A stretch of DNA of 64,000 bases, taken from NCBI GenBank assembly GCA_008369845.1, contig MRSU01010422.1, positions 1 to 64,000 of the forward strand, given 5' to 3'. Shown here one piece after another: positions 11,618 through 21,900 of this stretch. The translations under genes and the position numbers were made by a program. Position 1 is the first letter of the stretch, and each line of letters starts with the position of its first letter. The stretch comes from Trichomonas gallinae. Lineage: Eukaryota. The notes below the pieces were generated by a model. That model worked only from the letters and a program-made list of their open reading frames with translations, had not been told where the DNA came from and made no database searches.

Positions 11618-11953
11618 ATGAAAGAGAAACAAAGAAAAACTCCATTAATTTTCCCATTTTCTTTACTGTTCAAGATCCAGGATTGGATCCATGCTGGTGA
11701 TCCAATACCACAAACGCACAGAAAAGGAATCTGGGAAACGGTCGCTCTTGATTTCTTTGGAATAATTGCTCTTCTCTTGCCAATTTTATCATATTTCGAG
11801 TACATTGGTCCTAAAGCTTACGAAAATAAAATCGGCTTGCTTATCGCAGCTGCAATCGCTTTAATTCCAGGTATTTATGCAACAGTTTGCACAATTGCTT
11901 GCTGGAGAAGAGTTCCTGGCTTCTCATGGGGAATGATTCCTTACTTTGATTAA
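11618..11953 (+). CDS. TMEM230/TMEM134-family small membrane protein
   Basis: Two TM helices; the C-terminus LIPGIY...WRRVPGFSWGMIPYFD resembles the TMEM230 PGFY...GYSYDDIPDFDD pattern. Confidence 0.7.
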   Translation: MKEKQRKTPLIFPFSLLFKIQDWIHAGDPIPQTHRKGIWETVALDFFGIIALLLPILSYFEYIGPKAYENKIGLLIAAAIALIPGIYATVCTIACWRRVPGFSWGMIPYFD

Positions 11954-12258
11954 ACTTTCTGTATAAACATGCTACGAAAATATTATAATTTTTAAAAAAT
12001 TTATATTATCAGCCTAAATATTGAAATTTAGACTCATATATTGATAGATTTATAAATGATTTAATGCTAAGTTGCATCTCCAACGAAATGAAAAATAAAT
12101 ATTGTAATTTTAATATTTTATTAGTTTTGATTATAGATATGATTGTTTGCATTGCTGAAGAAAAAGAAAGAATAAGATTTGAAGGACAAAATGAATTTTT
12201 TATATCAATGCAATATTTTTTTTTGAATTTGTATAGAGATAGAATTTGTTTAAAGTGT

Positions 12259-12846
12259 TTAGCAGCAGCCAGACTTTTCCTTTTGTGCGCCAGTAGCTGT
12301 AATGCTCGATGGATTGACTTTAGGAGCCTTGGCTGAATTGCGATAAACTTCTGTAGCAAGGCGAGTGAAAACAGACTTAACATTATCACCAGCACGCGCT
12401 GATGTTTCTATATATGTCAATTTACGGTGGTTAGCGTAAGCCTCTGCCTCCGAAACAGGGATAACTCTAGATTCCGCAAGATCTGTCTTATTTCCGACGA
12501 GGATGATACGTGCTGATGGGTCACAGAGCGAGTGAACGTCATTTAACCACATATTGACGTCATCGAATGTCCTTCTTTCAGTAACATCGAAAACTAAAAC
12601 AACGCCAACGGCATTTCTGAAATAGGCTTTCGCGATAGATCTAAACCTCTCCTGGCCGGCTGTGTCCCAGATTTGAAGCTTAACGACTTGGCCGTCGACT
12701 TCTACCGAGGTTGAATCGAATTCGACGCCAATTGTAGATTGCTGATCATGGACGAACTTGTTTTCCACGAGACGTCTCAAAAGGGCTGTTTTGCCGACAC
12801 CTGATGAACCAATGATGATAAACTTGAACGTGCTTGATGATTCCAT
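12259..12846 (-). CDS. Rab-family small GTPase
   Basis: GSSGVGKT, TIGVEF, WDTAGQERFRSI, NKTD, ETSAR, C-terminal GCC prenylation motif; ATG at 12846. Confidence 0.95.
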   Translation of the reverse strand: MESSSTFKFIIIGSSGVGKTALLRRLVENKFVHDQQSTIGVEFDSTSVEVDGQVVKLQIWDTAGQERFRSIAKAYFRNAVGVVLVFDVTERRTFDDVNMWLNDVHSLCDPSARIILVGNKTDLAESRVIPVSEAEAYANHRKLTYIETSARAGDNVKSVFTRLATEVYRNSAKAPKVNPSSITATGAQKEKSGCC

Positions 12847-13512
12847 AAATTTTTGAAAAAAAAGCGTATCGTCGATTTTGACAAAATTTCGATTTTTTGT
12901 TTTATGCAAAATCTAGATTGTTTATAATATTTTGGTTCATTTTATCGCGAAATTTGATCATTTCGAAAATTTTTATCCAATCATTAGATATTTGATGATA
13001 TTTATAAAATGCAGACAGTATAATATCTAAATCCATTAAAATTTTATGGCGATGATCAGACTTAACGTAAATTGTTTACATGTCAGATTTCATTTCGAAA
13101 ATGTCAAAAAAATTCATCGACCTGTACAACCCAAAACGACTAAAATTACCAAGAATTTAGGGTTATAGATCCTTTTAAACATTTTTAACACTTTACTTTT
13201 TGCGTAAAACGATATTTTGTTAGATTTTGTATAAATTTATCACTTAAAACAAAAGATAAAGCAATTTCAAAACTGTTAACCAATATTATTGACATATTAA
13301 ACCTTATTTCTCTAAATAAGATTATGAAATTCAAATTATATTATTTGCAAATTAATAAATTGTGTTTTGTATTAATAAATCAACTTAAACATAAAATATA
13401 AATGATGTATGAGATATTTGTGGTTGTAATATTTTTATAAATGAAATACTTTATTGTTAATATACAAACATTTTATTTTATCAAAACAAATAGAGGATAG
13501 CGTATATATTTG

Positions 13513-14412
13513 TTAGAACTGTATGGAATCAGGTGCATCTTTGAGGAAATTATGATTAAGTGCATTTTTAGCGGATATTCTTCTTTGTGGATCTAATGTT
13601 AGTAGTGATTTGAGAAGATCTAAGCAATCATCACCATGTTCCTTAAACATATTATCAAAGTTTTCGATTGAAAAATTCGGTGGAGAATTAAATTTCATGT
13701 ATGCTTTAATTTTTTCGCAACCAGGCCACTCAATTGTTCCTAGTGTCTTTGATATTTGTGAAAGCATGTGTATATCATTTGGCGCATCAAATAATTGATG
13801 GCCGAGAAGTAATTCAGCCATCATCGTGCCTACAGACCACATATCTATTTCTGATCCGTACGAATTTTGTCCAAAAAGAAGTTCTGGAGCTCTATAATTT
13901 AACGTTGTCGCTTGGCAAATCATAGGTCCAAAATCAGAAGGAAAATCGCATGAAAGACCAAAATCTATGAGTTTTGGAACACCATTTTTGTCGAAAAGAA
14001 TATTATCTGGCTTGATATCTCTGTGAATTAAATTTGAGGAATGCATATAAGCAAGAGCGGACAATGTAGCTTTAAGAACACATTTTGTTATGTTAACAGG
14101 GAGCTGATTATCCGGATATTTTTTGAATAATCCTATTAATTCGATGGGTAAATATTCTGTTGAAAGGTAAAGTGTGAATTTATGACGGAAAACGCCTTTG
14201 TATGTGACAATGTTTGGATGCTGAAGCTCATTTAGTTGTCTTATCTCTTGAATTGCATGATAATCAATTCCATCTCGTGTAGACCTAACAATTATCTTTT
14301 TCAGTGCAACATCTTCATTAAGTTCATTGTCATGTGCAAAATAAACGACTCCAAACCCGCCTCGTCCTAGTTTTCTTTTCCTGATAAATCTACTGCAAAC
14401 GAGTTTTTCCAT
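13513..14412 (-). CDS. CMGC cyclin-dependent kinase-related protein (CDK7-like)
   Basis: GRGGFGVV, VALKK, DGIDYHAIQEIRQL (cf. CDK7 DGINRTALREIKLL), HRDIKPDN, DFG, YRAPELLFG, DMWSVG; ATG at 14412. Confidence 0.88.
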   Translation of the reverse strand: MEKLVCSRFIRKRKLGRGGFGVVYFAHDNELNEDVALKKIIVRSTRDGIDYHAIQEIRQLNELQHPNIVTYKGVFRHKFTLYLSTEYLPIELIGLFKKYPDNQLPVNITKCVLKATLSALAYMHSSNLIHRDIKPDNILFDKNGVPKLIDFGLSCDFPSDFGPMICQATTLNYRAPELLFGQNSYGSEIDMWSVGTMMAELLLGHQLFDAPNDIHMLSQISKTLGTIEWPGCEKIKAYMKFNSPPNFSIENFDNMFKEHGDDCLDLLKSLLTLDPQRRISAKNALNHNFLKDAPDSIQF

Positions 14413-15021
14413 TAATAAAATATTTAAACGGTAAAATGTATGTCTATAACATATATCATTAGATTTCAAAACCAGATCAATTCAATAACTTAGGATTATT
14501 TCATCATTTTATTTGTTAAAGGACCCTTTGATGATCAGCATATACTAAGGCTATATATTACTCATCTGATGTGCAACGATCTAATTTTGATATTTTATCA
14601 TTCAACTTTTGTAAATCAATGCATATATCAGATGGAGAGGGCATATTCATAAAATCATCCGCATCTATTAATAGATTGCTCCTAAACATAGAAGAAAAAC
14701 TATAAATATTTTTCATTTTGAAAAATTAGTTACAAAATACTAATTTCACCTGTCGTACTACTTATAATAGTTTAATATATCGCATGCTATTGACAAAATT
14801 ATTACCTGGAGAATTAATCCTCGGTAATCAAACTAAAATACGATGATTTGTTTCAAAGTTTTTCTTCTTGAGGTTGATTTCAGTCGAAGAAAAGCTGACT
14901 TCAAAAATAATATCTAGAGGATGATGAATATCACAGTCTCTTCAACCAAATCGTAGGCATTACACATCCTGCTGGAATCATGATTCTTAAGAAAATTAAA
15001 TTGTAATTTGCTTTTGGAAAC

Positions 15022-15372
15022 CTAAGAAAATTGATCAATTTTGGAAAATGTAGACTCAACTATGGTTTCAATAGAATCTAGAATCTCAATGTGAAGGCAT
15101 CGATCTATTGATTTGATAAGTTTAGAAAACTTTTCAGAATCGAATTTGCCACCTTCGCCAAAGTCAGTAAAAATATGGCGGACAGCCTTGAATCTGTCTG
15201 CACCTTTGTATTTAGACTGAACATGCTCGAAAATGTAAAGTGAATCGTCGACATTCAGAATTTTGTGCTTCAAACACTCAGACAACTGGTCCTGGTTGAG
15301 GACTTCGATGAGTGTGTCGTTCATGATCATGTCGGGGATGGACTGGGCACTGCCAACTGGGTCAAACTCCAT
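15022..15372 (-). pseudogene. Truncated member of an N-terminal-domain plus ankyrin gene family (or a short intact derivative)
   Basis: 116-aa ORF whose first ~45 aa align with the 1152 remnant (VG..QS...MI.NDT.I...N...L...LK...LN). It stops at TAG before any ankyrin repeats; coding-like sequence continues briefly downstream. Confidence 0.55.
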
Positions 15373-15689
15373 TAAATGGATTTTAAAAAAAAATTAATGT
15401 TGGAAAATTTTCGTTTTTAGCGGCCAAAATTGTTACTATACAGCTATACAAGACCTACAAAACTATGAAAACTTATAATACTCACTTTTCTCGTTGTTTC
15501 ATTCCTCCAAAAGCAAGTAATATGTTTTAAAACCCTTGGTGAGTGCAAATCATAGTATACTAGTCATATTTATGCTATTATGTGAATGATTTTGTATTTT
15601 AATGAAAAAATGAAAATTCTCGAATAATAGCAACGATGATACTATGGCGCAACTGGATATATAGATTGTCTGCATTGATATAAATAATA

Positions 15690-15945
15690 TATGAAGTCAT
15701 TCAGAGTCTTCATGTGTTGAGAACATTATCTAATTGAAAGATTTGGCTTCTAGAAACTAATAATTCTATTGAAGATCCACATATATGCAAATAGACAGCT
15801 TACAGAGTCTTCGTGTGATGAGAACATTATCACATGTAAAAATTAGGCTTTGAGAAACTAACAGATATATTGAAAATCATTATATCTATAGATAGACAGC
15901 TTACAGAGTCTTCAAGTGATGAGAACAATGTCACTTTTAAAGATT
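15690..15945. repeat. Tandem repeat, 101-bp unit, about 2.4 copies
   Basis: CAGAGTCTTC..GTG.TGAGAACA recurs at 15702, 15803 and 15904. Confidence 0.85.
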
Positions 15946-16231
15946 AAATGGAATCATTTCGGTTTACGTTGGAAATTTGACAAAAATCGTCACTTTTATT
16001 GATTTGATAAAAAGGTTAAATTTACAAAACCGTTCATCGAATTTCACACGATTTTTTTAGATATCTAAATCATTTTTATCAACAAATTTTGAAAAAATGA
16101 TGTAAATTTTTTCCTAAAAAAAATGACGATATCGTTTAGAAATCTTATTTATATTAAAACTGTCCATGCCTTTTCTTTTATATAGATTAGATTATTGAAA
16201 AACCCAATAAAATCTTTTATTTTTTTCATTT

Positions 16232-16825
16232 ATGGAAGGTGAAAGCATTTTAGGACGAATTGTTCTTATTGGTGACACACAAGTAGGCAAGACATCAATC
16301 ATTCAGAAGTATCTTCGCGGTCAGTGCTCTCAAGAGCAGAAAAGCACAATAGGTGCAGTATTTCATACACAAGAAGTTGTCTACAACAACCGTAGAGTTT
16401 CATTACAAATTTGGGATACAGCAGGCCAAGAGAGGTACAAGGCTTTGGGCCCAATCTACTACAGAAAGTCGAATGCTGCGATTGCTGTCTTCGATTTAAC
16501 AAGAAAAGAGACAATGAAGAACTTAGAATCATGGATTGACACATTTAGATCCAACTCCGATGATAATTTCGTTGTCATAGCAGCCAATAAATCAGATTTA
16601 GAAAAAAATATCGTTTTCAACCTCGAAGAGACTCAGGAGTTCGCTTCCAGCCTTGAATGCGAGTGCATTTGGGTTTCTGCCATGTCTGGTGTTGGCATTG
16701 ACGAATTATTCCAGGCAATCACCGAACACATTTATTCCAGAGTTATTGTTCCATCAGATGAAGTTAAAACAGTTGATGTTACACAGGCCCAAGTTAATCA
16801 ACAAGCAAATGGAGGATGCTGCTAA
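16232..16825 (+). CDS. Rab-family small GTPase (Rab5/21-like, divergent)
   Basis: GDTQVGKTS, TIGAVF, WDTAGQERYKALGPIYYR, NKSD, VSA, C-terminal GGCC. Confidence 0.95.
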   Translation: MEGESILGRIVLIGDTQVGKTSIIQKYLRGQCSQEQKSTIGAVFHTQEVVYNNRRVSLQIWDTAGQERYKALGPIYYRKSNAAIAVFDLTRKETMKNLESWIDTFRSNSDDNFVVIAANKSDLEKNIVFNLEETQEFASSLECECIWVSAMSGVGIDELFQAITEHIYSRVIVPSDEVKTVDVTQAQVNQQANGGCC

Positions 16826-16954
16826 AATTATAAAAAAGCAATTGAAATAATTTTTGCAATTAATACCTTGTTCCGGTAAATTGCCCAGTTTTTCTACAAT
16901 ATGAGTAAAAACTTTATTTAAAATGTTCATTTTTTTATTTTTCACGATTATATA

Positions 16955-18223
16955 ATGATTCGTCCGGCATATTTCTTAAATAAGAGAGATAGAATATTCA
17001 CAAATATTCATGGCCTTGAAGGCAGTGGCATCCAATCGTGTCTAAATCGTGGAGATTGGCAAGAAACAGAAAAAATTATCGAAAAAGGACCAAAATACAT
17101 TTTGGAACAAGTTAAAACGTCGGAATTACGCGGAAGAAGTGGTGCTGGTTTGTTAACAGGCAAGAAATGGGAAGAATTAATATCTCAACCACCAGAAATT
17201 CGCTATTTATGCATCAATGGCAACGAAAGTGAACCTGGTACGTGCAAAGACAGACAAATATTACAAAATGAGCCACAGAAAATCATCGAGGGAGCATTTT
17301 TAGCTTCGATCGCTTTAAATGTTCATAATTGCTACGTATATGTACGAGGACATTACGCATATGAAGCAAAAAGATTGCAAAAAGCAATAGATGAAGCTCT
17401 AGCTGCAAAATTAATTGGGCCTAATAATAAATTTGGCTGGGAATTCAATATGCATGTTCATCGTGGTGCTGGCGCCTATGTATGTGGTGAGCAGACAGGT
17501 TTGATGACATCATTGGAAGGAAATCCAGGACTCCCAAGAAGAAAACCTCCGCAGCCATTCGAGAAAGGATTATTCCAGTATCCAACAGTTGTCGATAACA
17601 TAGAAACCATATCAACAATATCTTCAATATGTAGACGAGGTGGTAAATGGTTTTCATCACTTGGAATCCCAGGCTCTCGCGGCCCGAAGCTTTACCAAAT
17701 CTCCGGGCACGTCATCCATCCATGCATCGTCGAAGAAACATTGGGAGTTTCTCTGAAGGATTTGATTGACATACACGGATGTGGAGTACGTGGTGGATGG
17801 AACAACTTGAGATGCATCATTCCAGGAGGTATGTCTTGCCCTCCAATTTCAGCTGAGCAGGCAAAAGATGCAATTTTAGGTTTCGATGAAATGTCAAAAA
17901 TAGGTTCAGGTCTTGGAACTGGTTCTCTTGTTGTTATAGACAAATCCGCTGATATCGTCGAAGTATACAGAAGAGTGGCCAGTTTCTATGAGCATGAATG
18001 CTGTGGGCAGTGCAGCGAATGCGTTGATCGCACAAAAACAATGTCCGAAATCTTCGAGAAGATATCTGCAGGAAAAGGCACCAAAGATGATGTTCGTCAT
18101 CTCGAAGAAACTGCTTTTGGCATGAAAAAATATATATGCTCATTCTCTGTTGGAGCATCTGACCCCATTAAGGGATTTCTAAAGCTTTTCAAGGATGAAC
18201 TTTTATCACGATGTATCAAATAA
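16955..18223 (+). CDS. nuoF: NADH dehydrogenase 51-kDa flavoprotein subunit homologue (NuoF/NDUFV1, hydrogenosomal type)
   Basis: DRIFTN, RGDW, SELRGRSGAG, NGNESEPGTCKDR, HRGAGAYVCGEQTGL, IIPGG, LGTG, and the N3 cluster motif HECCGQCSEC...YICSF. Confidence 0.95.
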   Translation: MIRPAYFLNKRDRIFTNIHGLEGSGIQSCLNRGDWQETEKIIEKGPKYILEQVKTSELRGRSGAGLLTGKKWEELISQPPEIRYLCINGNESEPGTCKDRQILQNEPQKIIEGAFLASIALNVHNCYVYVRGHYAYEAKRLQKAIDEALAAKLIGPNNKFGWEFNMHVHRGAGAYVCGEQTGLMTSLEGNPGLPRRKPPQPFEKGLFQYPTVVDNIETISTISSICRRGGKWFSSLGIPGSRGPKLYQISGHVIHPCIVEETLGVSLKDLIDIHGCGVRGGWNNLRCIIPGGMSCPPISAEQAKDAILGFDEMSKIGSGLGTGSLVVIDKSADIVEVYRRVASFYEHECCGQCSECVDRTKTMSEIFEKISAGKGTKDDVRHLEETAFGMKKYICSFSVGASDPIKGFLKLFKDELLSRCIK

Positions 18224-18918
18224 ACTTGTATATAAACTGAAACGCAAAAAGCGGTACTATCATTCATACAAAGCAGGAAATGCAAAAAGTTTATATTGTT
18301 TTCTTCATTCAAAATTTGATTTTTAAAATTAAATTATACAATGTGTGTTTGAAAACATATACATATCATATAAATTGTGTGGGTGATTAGAAATCAGTGA
18401 TATACAAGAAAGAATAATAAATTGAACCAAATTTACTATAGAATAGAACTAGTTTGACTTTGCCTAGTTATCACCAATCCAATTTTTGACATTTAAATTC
18501 TTTTGTTTTACTTTTCAAAAGTGACATAATTGAACAAGTCTGTTTGGTAAAAAAACTATTTAAACATACGATTATTTTCAATTCAAATTTTAATGATATT
18601 AAATATATATTGTTTTTCATTCAAATTTTATTTTTCGATTTTTTTCGTTTGAAAAATAATATTTGAATGTAAACAATGACATTATATTTTGAGGTAACAT
18701 TATTCAATAAATGGTTTCTTTAGTGCATGAAGATGCATCTTTGCTTGCTTATATTATATCTTATTTATCTATATATAAAATAAGCAATTATCTGATAAAT
18801 TATATTTACATGTCATTTTGCCAGATTATTCTTATATTACAGTCAGAGCTCTATTTTGGAATAGATAAATTAATTCTTCCTTTTAAGACAACCAGTTTAT
18901 AAAAATATATAAAACATT

Positions 18919-21900
18919 TTAATTATCTTCCATTGTTGACACGTTAGATATCGCGAATATAAGCTTATCGCGGAGAATATTGACATCTGTATATGGATAA
19001 ATCTCTATTAATTTGATGCAAGTATGAGCAACTGGTAGAGGGAACTTATGTTGATCGCCGTAGGCACGTCCGACTTGCCTAATCTTGATCCTCTCTCTGC
19101 CATGTGGAGGTGTTGGGCTGCCAGTAATAAACTTGAGGAGGAGTTCAAACTGTTCTGAAGTGAATGAGCTGATAGCATTCTTGAAAACATTGACAACAGG
19201 ATCGTATCCATCGACGAATGATAGGAATTTTTCGTATGTTATTGCCGCTTCATTTCCTATTGCAAGCAATTTCAGTTGTCTTCCTGTAATGGTACTCGCA
19301 ATTGTTGGATTGATGACCATATTGAATCCATGTTTTATGTTGCCAACGACAGTTGCCAAACGCGAAACATATCCACTATCGCTGCACTCAATTAATTCCT
19401 GGACTGTTGCATTTGGAATGGCGAGGAAATCCCAGAGCCACATTGGCAGCTTGAACTTCTGTGGGTTGTTAGTTGCAACAATGCAGCCGATTAAAGCTCC
19501 AATTGCTATTGCGCGCTTTGCTGTAAGATCCAATCTAGGAATCAAGCATCCGTCATTGTTTCTTACAGAAGTTGGCGGTTGTTCAAATATATTAAGTTTC
19601 GTGTCGTGCAACTCATCAACCATCATTGTTAAGGAATCTCTGAAAAGACCACCAGCATCTAAACCATTTTCTTCTCTATATCTGATTAGATAAAACCTTT
19701 TCCAACCGTCTTCTTTCATTATTGTAGTTGGAAAAGCTCTTTGCTGTTCTGCGAAATAATCAATAAGCACGATGGCTTGGCCATATGGGCAGCCTTTGGC
19801 AACAGTTCGTGTAATCGGAACATTTTCCAGGTAAATGAACTTTCCTTGTCGATATAAATCATAATAAGGACTGAATCCTCTATTTGTTAGATAAACCAGC
19901 TGGGATTCTATTCCACGGTAAAGTGCAGGCAAGTCGTAGAAGTTTTCTGGTAAAACTTTTATCTGAGATAAAATTACGTGAGAGAAAAACAAAACAATCG
20001 GCGGGAAGTTGATATTTGCCGAAATTGGTGTATGTCTCTCTATTGATTCTTGAACGATTTTGATGCAATTAATTATTGGTCTACTTCTCCATTCTTGCCA
20101 ATCATTGAATGATTGTCTGCCGTTGAGATCAAAGTAATAACGGAATTTGTTTACGCGTTTGCTTTTCCTTGTATATGTTCCTGGCTTTAGATATTCTTCA
20201 GAGCCATTTTCTAGTTGAACTTGAATTGGATAACGAGTGTTGATATCTCTGTGCAAAACCTTTTCGTATCGAAGATTTATGTCATTAGCCAGCAAAGCCA
20301 ATGGTGGAAATACACTTGTATTTGATAAGTTTTGTAATGTGCAGTATCTTTCTATTACATTTTTCGCGCAAATGTTGACGAGCTCTGAACAGATTTGAGG
20401 CTGGACAATTAAATCAGGATTCTTTTCGAAAATGAATGTTACCAAATTGTTGAGATAATCTGACAATGTGTTATCATTGATTTGCGGCTTTTTGATGTTA
20501 GGAAGATTGAAGAACTTCAAGATGAGAAGCGCATCATCCAAGTTTGTCGGCATTTCAAGACGGAATGAAGTGATGATTTTGTCAACAAATGCTGGACATG
20601 TTTTCTTGAAATCGAAAATGAAGTGAATTCCATTCATGAATGTTCTTGGCATCAATAATCCATGATTCCAGGCCTGGAAGTATGCCTTCTGCATTGATCC
20701 TGAAGGATTATTGCTCAGTGAAGCAAAATCTTGTGGTTTAACAACTGTGGCGTCATTGTCAAATTCGATGAGTTGTTTCTTGATATAATCCAATAATTCG
20801 TTTGTTTTATTTCCGATCAGCTTCTTGATCTTGGCAAGATCTTCTTCTGATGCTTGATCAGTGAGCTTGGATAAGTTGTCAGAAATAAATACAATGAAGT
20901 TGCTGCCATTGAAGTGAACCAAGAATTGTTTGATCATTGAAATAGAATAATCGCGGCATAAATTGAGAATTTTCTGGTTCGTTTCTTTTCTGCTACCGAT
21001 CTTATAACGAGCGGCAGCTCTAAGCAAAACGCTTTCGAACTCGGCATGTTCTGGTTCCACCATATATGTGAAAACAGGAAGTTCCATGATCGAATCATTT
21101 TCTGCGTGAATTGCATGACACATATAACCATTTTTACTGAAATCTGCAATAATTCCGTCATAGAATCCTTCCAGCGAAACAGGCATTCCGAGCATAACCT
21201 TCGGGAAGATCGATTTGAGGTCCATGTCGTGAGGAATGTAGTTGTCAACAGGAAGTAAAATGTCCCTGGATGTGAATTCATCATAATTAATAATATTATC
21301 GTCGCAAACTGTTATGACAAAAATCCATCTCTTCTTTTTCTCGCCTGTATCTATGCATATTGGGCCGAAATAGAGAAGCTTGTCGTTGAAGTTGACTAAA
21401 GAGATATCCGTGATTGATCCTGTGTATGGAACTCTTTTGCCTTCCATGTATATGTTTTTGTCGAAAAGCGAAATGAAAATGGGATTCCATTCTTTGTCGA
21501 TGAAGCCTATATATTTAATGGCATTCGAGATGAATTTGATTTCAAAGCGTATACCTTTCTGTGGTTGAATGGCATTAGTGTATGCGAAGAAAGATGCTGT
21601 GTCTGGTGAACCAAAAATGATTTTCTTATTTGTGATGCTATCAGCATTGTGCGTGAGGCATATGAATTGATGATGATTGTTGTCGGCTTTCCTGATGTGA
21701 ACTAGTTCTCTGATATTGTAAGAAAACTGGTTGTTTGTCAATGCTGGGACTTTGGCTTTCGTTACTTCATCATACATATCCATGAATTTTCTGAAATGAA
21801 GAGATAATTCAGTTGGATTGTCGCATACATTGAATATACGAGAAACGAAAGAGATAATTATGCAGTTGGTGATTGCTTGTTTCCTGTCATTAGTATTCAT

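Noticed and set aside
15836..15864. GTA...ACTAACAG resembling a short trichomonad intron
   Set aside because: It lies in a non-coding tandem repeat with no flanking exons; no intron was needed to explain any gene in the window.
19085..19693. 202-aa antisense ORF in the HECT gene, and similar antisense ORFs elsewhere
   Set aside because: Shadow ORFs opposite genuine genes; often non-ATG starts and no motifs.
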